A stretch of 64,000 nt of DNA. It comes from a virus. Location: IMG/VR virus record IMGVR_UViG_2799112330_000001, positions 25,242 through 89,241 of that record. One strand, 5' to 3'. Under the pieces are notes generated by a model that was not told the DNA's origin, did no database searches, and saw nothing but the letters and a program-made list of their open reading frames with translations. Of the stretch, positions 38,393 to 48,665 are shown piece by piece; positions within the stretch are counted from its first letter, which is position 1, and every line of letters begins with the position of its first letter. The position numbers were made by a program, and so were the translations under genes.

Positions 38393-38985
38393 ATCATTTT
38401 ATGTTTATATTTAAGATAATTTAATTTATTTCTTAAAATATTAATTTCTGCTCTCGCTCTGAAATTATATTTTAAGGCACCTAAAACTTCATCGGAAAAT
38501 TGTTCTGCTATTTCTTTATGTGTTAAGCCTTTTGTTTCAGGAGGTAAAGTATTTGTTGGAACAATACACACATCATGGCTACCAATTATATCCGATTTAA
38601 TTACCATAGCTCTTATTTTATAATCAGTATCTTTATATACTATACATTCTACTCCGTCATAAGCTATTCCTGCTTTAGCATAATCTTCAGCTTCTTGTTT
38701 ATCATAAATTTTAATACCTTTTGCAAGTAATTCTTTTTTCTTTCTTTGAGTAGCAGGCCAGTCTATTACATTATGTTTTTTAACAAGACTCATATCTTCA
38801 TATTCTATTAATAATATTCCAAGACCATTTGTAAATCTTACTCCATTACCTTTTACAACTTCATTCATTACCTCAATATAATGCCTACAAATAAGTCTTT
38901 TATATTCTTCAAATGAAATATTTTTATAAGATTGTGTTCGACTTATAAAATCATTATAATAATCTTTTATTGTTAAACTTTTCAT
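38389..38985 (-). CDS. HU/IHF-like DNA-binding protein (tentative)
   Basis: The N-terminal region ...YIEVMNEVVKGNGVRFTNGLGILLIEY resembles the HU/IHF helix plus G..V.L.G.G.F core. IHF-like genes are known in the structural block of crAss-like phages. The C-terminal extension is unassigned. Confidence 0.35.
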   Translation of the reverse strand: MKSLTIKDYYNDFISRTQSYKNISFEEYKRLICRHYIEVMNEVVKGNGVRFTNGLGILLIEYEDMSLVKKHNVIDWPATQRKKKELLAKGIKIYDKQEAEDYAKAGIAYDGVECIVYKDTDYKIRAMVIKSDIIGSHDVCIVPTNTLPPETKGLTHKEIAEQFSDEVLGALKYNFRARAEINILRNKLNYLKYKHKMI

Positions 38986-39086
38986 GTTGTATAAGATTAT
39001 ATAATTTGACTTCGTTTTATTCGTTTTAAGACAATCTTTGTTGTCGCTTATTGTTTGATTTAGTTAATGTTTTAATTTTAATATAA

Positions 39087-39100
39087 AGCTAATTTTAGCT
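39087..39100. repeat. AGCTA-N4-TAGCT box (AGCTAATTTTAGCT)
   Basis: It overlaps the stop codon of 39095..39733. The flank TTTTAATTTTAATATAAAGCT resembles the 49613-49632 flank. Confidence 0.65.
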
Positions 39101-39733
39101 TAAATATAAAGAATTTAATTGTCCTCGACGGCGTTTTATTAATTCATTTTGCTGTCCATTATATATAGAATTTCTTTCATTAATTGTTTCTCTAATATTA
39201 TTAAAATTAGGAGTTACATAATTATATTGTTTACCAATTCTACCAGCAGCTGCAAGTGCGAGTTCGTTATTTTTTAATTGAGCATTTGCATCTATTATAT
39301 TACTAGTTATATTACTTCCAACTCCTAAAATAGAAGATATTAAATTTCCAGTATCACTTGCTCCCCATTCTGCTTTTTTTCTACATTTTTTAAATTTACC
39401 TCCCATTTTAGCTGCTAATAAAGATTTTTTAAAATCATCATATACATTAATATTAGAATTTATTTTATTATAATATTCATTTTCAGCATTTTGTTTATTT
39501 TGTGCATCTAATTTATCCATTAATTCTTTTTGCTGTTTATAATTTTGCATAGCAATATCTTGTTGTTTATTTGAATTTATTACAGAATTAATAATATTTC
39601 CAATGGCACTTACTCCAGCACCTATAAGTGCTCCCCAAAAGGCTTTTTTACGAACTTTTTTTGTACTACCACCACATTTAAATAAAATACCATCAACATT
39701 GTTTTGTTGATTAATTTTTTTAATTTTTTTCAT
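39095..39733 (-). CDS. small basic Gly/Lys-rich protein, paralogous N-terminus with 37874..38392
   Basis: 212-aa ORF starting MKKIKKINQQNNVDGILFKCGG. Internal repeats are GGSTKKVRKKAFWGA and GGKFKKCRKKAEWGA, plus a hydrophobic segment ALIGAGVSAIGNIINSVI. Confidence 0.6.
   Translation of the reverse strand: MKKIKKINQQNNVDGILFKCGGSTKKVRKKAFWGALIGAGVSAIGNIINSVINSNKQQDIAMQNYKQQKELMDKLDAQNKQNAENEYYNKINSNINVYDDFKKSLLAAKMGGKFKKCRKKAEWGASDTGNLISSILGVGSNITSNIIDANAQLKNNELALAAAGRIGKQYNYVTPNFNNIRETINERNSIYNGQQNELIKRRRGQLNSLYLS
39667..39733. repeat. about 66-bp direct repeat, copy 2
   Basis: See 38326-38392. Confidence 0.7.
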
Positions 39734-39735
39734 AT

Positions 39736-42700
39736 TTACATATTATTTGTTTGTTGAGTTGTATTTACAACTAATGATTGAATTTCAAATTTATCAGATT
39801 CATCATTAAAATTATTTACATTAAAACCAAATTCTATAATAAAATAATTTCCATATAATCTTGCTCTATCGTCTGCTTTTGTATAATCTTTTCCAGATAT
39901 TTTAGAATAATTTATATCATTTATCTTATTTCTTATATTTCTAAACATATTCATTATCCAATCACCTAAATAATAATAAGGTAGGTCATAATTATTTCTA
40001 TCGTTAAAATTTTGATTTTGTGCATTTTTAATATCAATCCAACCAGTATCAATATTTTCATTATAAATTCTTACATAATCTCCACAGAAAGGTATTCTTA
40101 TATTTTCAATTGGATCATTTGTAAAATCAATACTATTTTGTGTGTTAGGATCTTCTGATTTAGTATATTTAAATAATTTAAACATTATATTTTCTAAAAA
40201 TTTAATTCCATTATAATTATAATTATATACAAATCCTAATTTATTAGTTAATTCAATATATTCACTATTTTGATTTAATATTTTAAATATATTTTTTTCA
40301 AATTTATAATTATTAAAACATTTTATAGCAGAAGTTTCATAAGTAAGTCCATTATTTATAAATTTATTATTTTGTAACAAATATAATTTATTTTTAGTAT
40401 TATATGCTTCTGTAAACCAAAATATATTTGAGTTTAATGTACTAATAAATGTATTTATTGCATAATCATATAATAGTATTAATAATTTTTCTTCGTTATT
40501 TACAATATAATTAAATTGAATTAATAAATTATTTCGTTCTACATCATTTGCAAATCTTACTTTATAAGGTTTATATTTTTGTAACCATTCTAAAATAGGA
40601 TAATCTATATGAATTAATTGATTATTATCTAATCTTAAAATACGATTTATATCATTTTCATAAAATATATATCCAAATGATCCTATAATAGCAGCATCTT
40701 TATCTTGTAGACCTGCATAACCTTTATCTGTAGGCAATAATTCTTTATATGAAATATCTTTAATAGAAGATTGAGTAATTTGTAAACTTTCTTCTGTTGT
40801 AGCAAGATAATCTTTAAATTGTAATAAATAAATAGATTGTTCACAATGTATAAACATTGACTCTCCTAACACAAATAATTTTACTATTTTTCCTTTATTT
40901 TCAGATATTAATTTATATGATTCTACTTCTATTTTATTCCAAGTATTTATTTTTGATTCATCTCCATATACATTTGTAAATAAAATAGTGTTTGCTTTAT
41001 TTTCAATGTTTCTATCATCAAATTTATAAAATGGAAATAATATAGATTTATGATAAGATTCTAAACTTATATCAAACAAATTTAATGAATTTATAGGTAA
41101 TACATAAGAACAATCTTTTCCTATATTTCCAACACTTTTTATATATAGACTAGATTCACCAGTATTGTCTATAGTATAAAGTATCTTACTTAATAATTCA
41201 GCTTTTCTATTTTCGTCAATTGTAGTTCTAGGATTATTTATTTCAAGATTCCATTTAAACCCTCTTTCATCATATATATTTGAAGTTTTTGTATACATTA
41301 CACTATCACCTCCAATAGGAAAATTGTCTTTAAATGTATTTATTTCTCCACATATATGTAATTCTTCATAAGTGTCATTAATATTTAAATAATAATTATC
41401 TGAATAATTCAATAATAATATAATATCTAATTCATTTAATATTGTAAGATTAGAAAATAAATCCCTATATCTATCATCTAAAGATATATCATAATCATTA
41501 ACTTGAATTACAGTTCCTCTATCTGGTCTATGTGTAGATGGTTCTCCAGCCAAACATAATCTAGAATTATTTATTTTTAATAAAGCTCCATTTACTTTAT
41601 TTCTAATTGCATCAAATATATTATAATTATCGTTTGTTGAATAAATTTCATATAAATAATTAAATACAGGTTTTGCTTTTATATTAAACATGTTATCATA
41701 AATAATTCCAAAATTTCTCCAATCGTTAGAATAATATTTATATATAAACCCTCTACATTGATATAAAACATTTTCACACGGCTTAGAACAACTTATATAA
41801 TAATTTTTAAATATTTCTTTATTTATATAATTGTTATTATCAATTATATTCATTAATACAATATTATTTATTTTTTCTATAGGAGCTACAAAAAATGATT
41901 CTCCTAAAACATTTATATATCTTCCAAATCCAATATTACCATTTGTAACAACATTTCCATTAGATATTTCTAACAATCCTATAGATAAACAACTAGAATT
42001 AAAATCTTCAATCATTAATGTATTATTTATTTGAGTTCCATCTAAATTAAATTTCCATAAATTATTATTAACTTTATATACATTGTTTACTCTATAAAAT
42101 ATTGCATTTTCATCAAGTTTTATATTTTCTTTTATTACATAAAATCCTTTATATATAGAATAATCATTTCCTTCGCCCATTGCAGAATAATTTAATATTC
42201 CTGGTAAATATACTAAAGTATAATTATCATTATCTGCATTATTATCTCCATTTTTTAATAAAGTATTATTTTTTAATCTTATTCCAGTTGTAATATTTCC
42301 AAAATTATCTACTAAATGTATATAAAAATTATAAATTTGTAATGGTCTTAAAGATATATTTTTTGAATTATTTTCTCGTGTTATAAAAATAGGATAATAA
42401 TCTTCAACATCAAAAATATTTTTATTTATTTGCATATCTTCATAATAAGAATTGCTTGAAAATGCAGTAAAATTACTAACATTTAAATCATTCCAATTAA
42501 CTTTATCATCACTTGTAAGTATTCTTATTCCTTTTCCATAATTATTAGATAATCCAAGATGTGTTGATACTCCATAAATATTGTCAGTTAAAACTGAACC
42601 ATTACTATTATATCCTATTATTAATTGAAATGCATATATTGCTAATTTATTATTTCCGTCATCTACAAGTTCTGAATTTAATTGTAAAGCTCGTCTTAAA

Positions 42701-44259
42701 CCAGCTCTTCTATTATAACTTGCTATTATAGTTTCTGGTACTTGATTTAATCCTTCTGAAACATCATCTATATAATTTGTAAAATCATAAGATTCTATTA
42801 TTCCATCATGATATATAACACCTAATAAATATATTTTTAATCCATTTTGTAAAAATAAACTTATTTCATTTCCAACACTTCTACCATTAAGCCATCCTTT
42901 ATTATCAATTATATCATAAAGTATACTTGTGCCACTTAAATTTATTACTGATTTATTATTTATATATCCTTCAGCATTATATCCTTGTATTAAAATATAT
43001 CTTTTTACAGCATTTATATCAAAATTATTTCCTAAAATAGATCTCAAAATATAATATTTATCTGCAAAAAAAGATTTTTTAAAATTTACATAATTTTGAA
43101 ACCATCTATCAAATGAAATATTTGGTATTGATGAAACAGGAATTAAATTTACATTATTAGCTAAATTTCTATTATATTCTTTTAAAATATCTGTATAATT
43201 ATTTTCTTTATAAGAAGCAATATATAAACGATTTTTATAAGCTATCATATTATTTATATTGCTTATATAATAATTAAAATTTTCAAATTCTTCTTCATAA
43301 ACATTATTAATATCTAATGTATATTCATTTACAGTTGTATTTATTTTTTTAGTTACATACTTTTTTAAAGAAGTTCTATTATGAACTATAATTCCCAAAG
43401 AAAAATATGTATAATTAGTATCTAAATTATCAAATATTAATTTTAAAGTATTATTTATTATATCATTATTGTTATTTAACATCGCATTATGATCTTCAAT
43501 AGTTTCGCTATCATTTAATTTATATCTTAATAAAACTTTTTTTTCTAATTCTAATAATATAAAATTATTTAATAATAAAAAATATTTTGTTTTATTTATA
43601 TCATCTGTATAATAAGAAATATAAATATCTATATATCCAGAATAAAATTTACCATTTACTTTAGAAACATTTAATAATTTTGGTAAAGAAATTAAAGGAT
43701 TATTAAATAATTTATTTTCTTCTATATCTATATTTTCAATTGTTCTTTTTAAATTAATAATGGAATAACCATTTTTAGAATTACTTTCCGCAAAAGAAAT
43801 TATTAAATCTTCATTATTATATATATATTCTCCAACATATTTTCCACCATAATAAGTCAATGCTGAATAAACTCTATTTATTACTTTTGTTCGTTCATCA
43901 TATCTAATTAATTCAACACATTTTGAACCATTTGGATTAATAACTTTAGACAAACTTTTATTCCAAACAAATAAAATTAATTCATTATTACATGGTAAAA
44001 TATAAAGTATTTTATAACCTTTAATATATCCTACTAAAGGATTAATATAAACATCAGGATAAATAGATTTTAAATAATTCATTATAATTTCATTATCTCC
44101 AACTTCTTCAATATTTTGTAGAGCCATTCTATCATTACTCATTCTCATATTTATAGTATCATGAAGACTATAATTTGGAACACCATTTATGTGTTTATTA
44201 AGGCTCATCATAGGAACAATATTACCTAAAGCCTTCCATTCTTGTTGTTCTTGAGCCAT
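39736..44259 (-). CDS. large tail structural protein (tail hub/muzzle-class candidate)
   Basis: 1507-aa ORF, Asn/Tyr/Ile-rich and beta-rich in character. It lies between the cargo-like genes and the small head-tail genes. Function is inferred from size and position only. Confidence 0.45.
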   Translation of the reverse strand: MAQEQQEWKALGNIVPMMSLNKHINGVPNYSLHDTINMRMSNDRMALQNIEEVGDNEIIMNYLKSIYPDVYINPLVGYIKGYKILYILPCNNELILFVWNKSLSKVINPNGSKCVELIRYDERTKVINRVYSALTYYGGKYVGEYIYNNEDLIISFAESNSKNGYSIINLKRTIENIDIEENKLFNNPLISLPKLLNVSKVNGKFYSGYIDIYISYYTDDINKTKYFLLLNNFILLELEKKVLLRYKLNDSETIEDHNAMLNNNNDIINNTLKLIFDNLDTNYTYFSLGIIVHNRTSLKKYVTKKINTTVNEYTLDINNVYEEEFENFNYYISNINNMIAYKNRLYIASYKENNYTDILKEYNRNLANNVNLIPVSSIPNISFDRWFQNYVNFKKSFFADKYYILRSILGNNFDINAVKRYILIQGYNAEGYINNKSVINLSGTSILYDIIDNKGWLNGRSVGNEISLFLQNGLKIYLLGVIYHDGIIESYDFTNYIDDVSEGLNQVPETIIASYNRRAGLRRALQLNSELVDDGNNKLAIYAFQLIIGYNSNGSVLTDNIYGVSTHLGLSNNYGKGIRILTSDDKVNWNDLNVSNFTAFSSNSYYEDMQINKNIFDVEDYYPIFITRENNSKNISLRPLQIYNFYIHLVDNFGNITTGIRLKNNTLLKNGDNNADNDNYTLVYLPGILNYSAMGEGNDYSIYKGFYVIKENIKLDENAIFYRVNNVYKVNNNLWKFNLDGTQINNTLMIEDFNSSCLSIGLLEISNGNVVTNGNIGFGRYINVLGESFFVAPIEKINNIVLMNIIDNNNYINKEIFKNYYISCSKPCENVLYQCRGFIYKYYSNDWRNFGIIYDNMFNIKAKPVFNYLYEIYSTNDNYNIFDAIRNKVNGALLKINNSRLCLAGEPSTHRPDRGTVIQVNDYDISLDDRYRDLFSNLTILNELDIILLLNYSDNYYLNINDTYEELHICGEINTFKDNFPIGGDSVMYTKTSNIYDERGFKWNLEINNPRTTIDENRKAELLSKILYTIDNTGESSLYIKSVGNIGKDCSYVLPINSLNLFDISLESYHKSILFPFYKFDDRNIENKANTILFTNVYGDESKINTWNKIEVESYKLISENKGKIVKLFVLGESMFIHCEQSIYLLQFKDYLATTEESLQITQSSIKDISYKELLPTDKGYAGLQDKDAAIIGSFGYIFYENDINRILRLDNNQLIHIDYPILEWLQKYKPYKVRFANDVERNNLLIQFNYIVNNEEKLLILLYDYAINTFISTLNSNIFWFTEAYNTKNKLYLLQNNKFINNGLTYETSAIKCFNNYKFEKNIFKILNQNSEYIELTNKLGFVYNYNYNGIKFLENIMFKLFKYTKSEDPNTQNSIDFTNDPIENIRIPFCGDYVRIYNENIDTGWIDIKNAQNQNFNDRNNYDLPYYYLGDWIMNMFRNIRNKINDINYSKISGKDYTKADDRARLYGNYFIIEFGFNVNNFNDESDKFEIQSLVVNTTQQTNNM

Positions 44260-44274
44260 AATTAAATTATTTAA

Positions 44275-44787
44275 TTAAATAAGGTCATCAAACATTTTAT
44301 ATGTTGCTAATTGATGTTGATATTTAATTGCCTCTTCTTTCCATCTAGCACAAGCTTCTCTAGTGCCATTATATAATCTTTCTATATAATTATAACCGTC
44401 TGATAATTTCTTATTATGTTCTTCTAAAACTTTATTTTTATTTTCTAAATAATTAATAGCATTACATTGCTTATTAAATTTATTTGCTAATTCATTATAC
44501 TTTTCACATAAATTATCAAGTTTTATTTTATCATTTTTTCTTTCTTCAATTTCTTTATCTTTTTCAATAAGTAATTTTATTAATTCAACTTTAGTTAAAT
44601 TTTCATATTTATTTTTTATTTTATTTTTATTGGCACTTTCTTTTTCTTTTTCAACTCCATCAAAATTTATTTCTAGTTGAGTATCTTTATTTTTATTTAT
44701 ACTATCTACTATAGTTTTTTTAATATAATCGCATAATGTATTACGATTAATTGAATTATAATCCGGTAAATTTATTATAGCTATCAT
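44275..44787 (-). CDS. hypothetical coiled-coil protein
   Basis: 170-aa ORF with Lys/Glu heptad-like sequence. Confidence 0.55.
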   Translation of the reverse strand: MIAIINLPDYNSINRNTLCDYIKKTIVDSINKNKDTQLEINFDGVEKEKESANKNKIKNKYENLTKVELIKLLIEKDKEIEERKNDKIKLDNLCEKYNELANKFNKQCNAINYLENKNKVLEEHNKKLSDGYNYIERLYNGTREACARWKEEAIKYQHQLATYKMFDDLI

Positions 44788-44799
44788 AATTAAAATATT

Positions 44800-45174
44800 T
44801 TAATAACCAAACGTTTCTTTTTTCATTCTATATTTTACTATTGTTTTACTATATAATTTTTTAATAAATAAATATATTCTAATATATAATGCAGTATGTT
44901 TTTTATAAAAATCAAGTTCATTTGACAAATTACTAATTATAGTATTCTTTTCTTTATATATTTTTTTTATAGTTTCTTCTAAACATTCAATATTGTATTC
45001 ACAGAAATGAGCATAATGAAATAGTTCATTTTTATTTAATTTATCAAATTCATCATATTTACAATGAATTACAATATCGCTAATTGCATTTGAATTAACA
45101 CTTTTTTCATTTAAACAATAATCCTTGCGACAACCCGCTTTTACGGATATTTCCATAATTTCTTCTGTACTCAT
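44800..45174 (-). CDS. hypothetical protein
   Basis: 124-aa ORF in the co-directional array. Confidence 0.5.
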   Translation of the reverse strand: MSTEEIMEISVKAGCRKDYCLNEKSVNSNAISDIVIHCKYDEFDKLNKNELFHYAHFCEYNIECLEETIKKIYKEKNTIISNLSNELDFYKKHTALYIRIYLFIKKLYSKTIVKYRMKKETFGY

Positions 45175-45189
45175 AATATTTTTAATAAT

Positions 45190-46038
45190 TTAATTTCTTG
45201 GGTCAAAAGCTCCAATAAAGAAACTACTTCTCCATAAACGAGCAAGTTCTCCATTTAAAGCATCTTCAACACCATGATTGATATAACTTCTTTTTGCTTC
45301 TTCCATCAGAGATTGAGCTATATAATATGGATTTGTACCATATTGACTAGCATGTAAATTCATTACAGAATGTTTATAACCTCTAAGAAGCATTTTATAA
45401 ATACACCAATATGCTAAAAATTCTATAACTTTAGCATTATCAGGTATTTCTGGAAAATCACAATTATAAATATTACTATGACAAGTATTAACTTCATCAT
45501 GTTCTACAATAATATAATCTGTATCAAAATTTAATTCAATATGTTTGCAATCTACTAAAACATAATTTCTTCCTTCTACAGGGGAACTAGAATAAACCTC
45601 AGTTACATTATATCTACTACCATCTCCACCATTTACTTGTGTGATAACAACTTTATCTGGAACTTCAGAAGGATTACGATTTTCAATAATAAATGTAGTG
45701 TTAGAACCATTGCTTGCAATTTTTTGTATTTGATTCCCTGTAGTGTGATCATCTATTTTTACACAACAATCATTATTTTTAATATCGTCAAGTTCTTTAA
45801 TTTCACATCCGTTAGCATCATAAATTTTAATATTTCCTTTTAATTCGCATTTGCTATAAGCAACTCTTCCTATAACCTTAAATTTTTCTTTTACTCTTTT
45901 TGTTACATTAATATCTAACAAACCAAGTCCGTCATGAACCCATGCACCAACTCTTGGTATCCAATCAGAATTATCAGGATTAAAATCATTATCAATTTTA
46001 GCGATAATTCTATCAATGTTTGTTACTTTTTCTTTCAT
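45190..46038 (-). CDS. hypothetical structural protein
   Basis: 282-aa ORF. It contains two palindrome-family copies 164 nt apart in opposite orientation (45572, 45736). Confidence 0.6.
   Translation of the reverse strand: MKEKVTNIDRIIAKIDNDFNPDNSDWIPRVGAWVHDGLGLLDINVTKRVKEKFKVIGRVAYSKCELKGNIKIYDANGCEIKELDDIKNNDCCVKIDDHTTGNQIQKIASNGSNTTFIIENRNPSEVPDKVVITQVNGGDGSRYNVTEVYSSSPVEGRNYVLVDCKHIELNFDTDYIIVEHDEVNTCHSNIYNCDFPEIPDNAKVIEFLAYWCIYKMLLRGYKHSVMNLHASQYGTNPYYIAQSLMEEAKRSYINHGVEDALNGELARLWRSSFFIGAFDPRN
45572..45583. repeat. GC-rich palindrome family copy (CCTTCTACAGGG, 1 mismatch)
   Basis: The sense strand reads S-P-V-E-G. Confidence 0.6.
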
Positions 46039-46062
46039 TTAATTTTACAATTTAATTTTATT

Positions 46063-46764
46063 TTATCTAACTAAATTAGGAGTTGGAATTTTATCGTCAT
46101 CTCTTACTACATTAACATTAAATGTTTCTAATACTAATTTTTTAACATCATCAATCATATCTTCAGGTAAGAAATATTCATAATCGTCATCTATTTTATA
46201 AGTACCATCACTTCCTGTTTCCATTTCTACAATTTCTGGTTTTTCAAAAGGAGCTTCAATAACTATAGAACCAATGTCTGCAAGTTCATTTTCTTTTATA
46301 ACATTAATATATATATAATCATTAATGTAATCATATGTTATAGAAGGACAAAAACCAGGTAAATTAGCATAAAATTGACTACTAGCTTCTCTAACAAAAG
46401 GAATAACAATAGGATTTTTTACACCAACAGTTTTAACTGCACTAAAAGGTAAATTATTAGTAAGTCTTGTAGGTCTTGGTACTTTATTTAAAGTTCTTTT
46501 AATTATACCTGCTCCTATTTTATAATCTTTATCACTAATACCAGCACTAGCATAATCTATATCACCATCACCAACGTCAACAAGAGCAACTCTATATCTT
46601 TGTTGTATAACTCTGTCTATATAGCCATGAGTTTCATAGCTATGTCTAATTAATTTATTCCTTGCATGAATAATCGCAAGTTTAATCCCTCGACGAGTAG
46701 GGATATTATCTGCTCCTTGAACACTATGAGCAATTTCAGAAACTAATTGATTAATACTTGCCAT
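46063..46764 (-). CDS. hypothetical structural protein (start corrected to ATG 46764)
   Basis: The track start at 46800 lies upstream of the -7 box (46790-46797). The first ATG after the promoter gives MASINQLVSEIAH... This gene also holds the related hairpin ATCCCT-N8-AGGGAT at 46685-46704. Confidence 0.6.
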   Translation of the reverse strand: MASINQLVSEIAHSVQGADNIPTRRGIKLAIIHARNKLIRHSYETHGYIDRVIQQRYRVALVDVGDGDIDYASAGISDKDYKIGAGIIKRTLNKVPRPTRLTNNLPFSAVKTVGVKNPIVIPFVREASSQFYANLPGFCPSITYDYINDYIYINVIKENELADIGSIVIEAPFEKPEIVEMETGSDGTYKIDDDYEYFLPEDMIDDVKKLVLETFNVNVVRDDDKIPTPNLVR

Positions 46765-46789
46765 ATCTTTATAATTGTTAATTGTGATA

Positions 46790-46821
46790 CAAAGATACAA
46801 AAAATTTTTGACATTTGCAAA
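46790..46821 (-). promoter_or_regulatory. Bacteroidota-type promoter (TTTG-N20-TATCTTTG)
   Basis: The - strand reads TTTG (46821-46818), then 20 nt, then TATCTTTG (46797-46790). Confidence 0.65.
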
Positions 46822-46905
46822 TTTTTCGACAACTTTTTTTCAAAAAAATTTATTATATGCTGTATCATATCTAATATCATATACTTTATTATATAATCTA
46901 TAAAT

Positions 46906-46938
46906 AAAAAAAGTAGCTTATGCAAAAGCACAAGCTAC
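46906..46938 (-). terminator. rho-independent terminator
   Basis: The - strand has stem GTAGCTT / AAGCTAC (46932-46938 / 46913-46919) followed by T7. Confidence 0.65.
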
Positions 46939-46971
46939 TGTCTTAATATGGTTAAAAACAATTGATTTAGG

Positions 46972-47343
46972 TTATCGAGTTAAATAATTTCTTAATTCTT
47001 CAATATCATCTTTAGTAAAAACTAATTGTTTATCTATAAAAGGAATATCTATAGAAATTTTACCATTTCCAATAGTCAATCCATCTAATAGTTCAGGATA
47101 TGATTTAGAATTAGCAGTAATTAAATTATTAGCCATTTCTCCAAGTATTCCGTCAACATCTATCATACCATTTTCATCAGACAAAAGAGATAATAATTTC
47201 TCCATTTTACAAATTACTTTTTTAGATACTCTATGAATAACTGGTCTAAAAACCATTACAACAGAATTATTAATAGACATTTCGTCTACTTTATTATTTA
47301 TAAATTCTGTAAGTCTTTTGATAACATCTTCTTTATTTAACAT
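46972..47343 (-). CDS. hypothetical protein
   Basis: 123-aa ORF. Confidence 0.55.
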   Translation of the reverse strand: MLNKEDVIKRLTEFINNKVDEMSINNSVVMVFRPVIHRVSKKVICKMEKLLSLLSDENGMIDVDGILGEMANNLITANSKSYPELLDGLTIGNGKISIDIPFIDKQLVFTKDDIEELRNYLTR

Positions 47344-47348
47344 AACTT

Positions 47349-47837
47349 TTATTGTTTAATTGAGTTAATAAATTCATTATAAGTTAAATTGGGATTGATT
47401 TGAACAGCTGTTTGAAAACGTTTAAATAATTCAATTTCTTTATTAGATTCTTTTATAATAGCAGATTTCTTATCTTTAATATTAAGAAGTTGTTTTTCAA
47501 GTATTACTTTGCCTTCTTTAGAATTAGCAACTTTATTTTTTACTGAATCAACTAAAGCATTTTGAACAAGTTTTTGAAGCGCAGTATCATATTTTATATA
47601 ATCTTCGTCTTTACTTAATAAAACTTTTTGTTCATCTGTAAGACTATCTATTTCTTTATCAATTTGCTCCCATAATTTCATTCCTCCCTCTACAGGGGAA
47701 ACACCACCTGAAAGTTTTTCTTTAATAGCATTTAATTGAGCTACTTGTTGATTTATCATTGCAATATTTTGCTCAACACTTACTGTAGGTAAATATGGAG
47801 ATTGACCTCCAATATTAAAATTTAATGTTTCTGGCAT
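47349..47837 (-). CDS. hypothetical coiled-coil protein
   Basis: 162-aa ORF containing an exact palindrome copy. Confidence 0.55.
   Translation of the reverse strand: MPETLNFNIGGQSPYLPTVSVEQNIAMINQQVAQLNAIKEKLSGGVSPVEGGMKLWEQIDKEIDSLTDEQKVLLSKDEDYIKYDTALQKLVQNALVDSVKNKVANSKEGKVILEKQLLNIKDKKSAIIKESNKEIELFKRFQTAVQINPNLTYNEFINSIKQ
47687..47698. repeat. GC-rich palindrome family copy (CCCTCTACAGGG, exact)
   Basis: The sense strand reads S-P-V-E-G-G. Confidence 0.8.
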
Positions 47838-47900
47838 AACTTTATGAATTTATTGTTAAACAATAGTAGTAGGAGTATTTCTACTCCTACTTACTTTTAA

Positions 47901-48521
47901 TTAAGCACCAGCAGCAGAACTAGCAGTTGCAGTAGTTGTAGGAACAGTTAATACACCTTCAATCATACGCTGTGTACGAGCCATAAGATTAAAGTTATCT
48001 CTCTGTCCACAAGCAGCAATAGCTGCAGCAGTGACTTGATCACGATAAGGACTAATAGCTTTAAGAACAGCTACCTCTGTTTTGAGTTCGCCAATCTCTG
48101 AAACAAGTTGATCTTTAATATCACGAGTTTCTTTATAATTGGCAAAAAACTTATCGTTAGCGTCGGCTTTGACGGCTGCGATTTCTTTGTTTGTAAATAC
48201 ATAACTATCAAAGATTTTTTGATTAATACCAACTACATCATTAAAACGATTTTCCTGAGCACGAAGAGCATTACCCCAAATCTGATTTGTAAGCATTAAA
48301 ACATCAGCATTTTCTTTTGCAAGAATAGCATCACGTTCATGCTCTGCATGATGACCTCCACCAAACAAATCTAAGCCATGACCGTCACGACCAAATAAAG
48401 CTAAAGCAGTACCAGCGATACCTAAACCAAGAGCAGTACCAGCTACACCGCGAGAAGCACCTTTCTTACCACCCACCATAGAACTAATGGCATCGGTAGT
48501 TTCTTTATCAAGAATACTCAT
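47901..48521 (-). CDS. Gly/Ala-rich hypothetical protein, probably abundant
   Basis: 206-aa ORF with clearly higher GC and biased codons. It has an N-terminal Gly/Ala hydrophobic stretch (GVAGTALGLGIAGTALALFG) and its own -7 box. Confidence 0.65.
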   Translation of the reverse strand: MSILDKETTDAISSMVGGKKGASRGVAGTALGLGIAGTALALFGRDGHGLDLFGGGHHAEHERDAILAKENADVLMLTNQIWGNALRAQENRFNDVVGINQKIFDSYVFTNKEIAAVKADANDKFFANYKETRDIKDQLVSEIGELKTEVAVLKAISPYRDQVTAAAIAACGQRDNFNLMARTQRMIEGVLTVPTTTATASSAAGA

Positions 48522-48576
48522 AATTTAATTAGTTTTTAAATTGTTAATAAAAATTGTTTTGTAAACGTTTACGATA

Positions 48577-48584
48577 CAAAGATA
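48577..48584 (-). promoter_or_regulatory. -7 box TATCTTTG (no canonical -33 seen)
   Basis: The - strand TTTTTTGTATCTTTGTATC is identical over 19 nt to the 46790 promoter. A perfect palindrome GTAAACGTTTAC follows at 48561-48572. Confidence 0.45.
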
Positions 48585-48600
48585 CAAAAAATAATCCATA

Positions 48601-48636
48601 AAAATAGCACGCTTACAAAACTAATTGTAAACGTGC
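48601..48636 (-). terminator. rho-independent terminator
   Basis: The - strand has stem GCACGTTTAC / GTAAGCGTGC (one mismatch) followed by TATTTTT. Confidence 0.55.
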
Positions 48637-48665
48637 CAAAATCAACGATTTAACCAAAAAATGAA

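Noticed and set aside
46743-46931. 62-aa - strand ORF in the 46801-46971 spacer.
   Set aside because: It spans the terminator hairpin (46906-46938) and the promoter (46790-46821) and overlaps the next gene. A regulatory spacer explains the region better.
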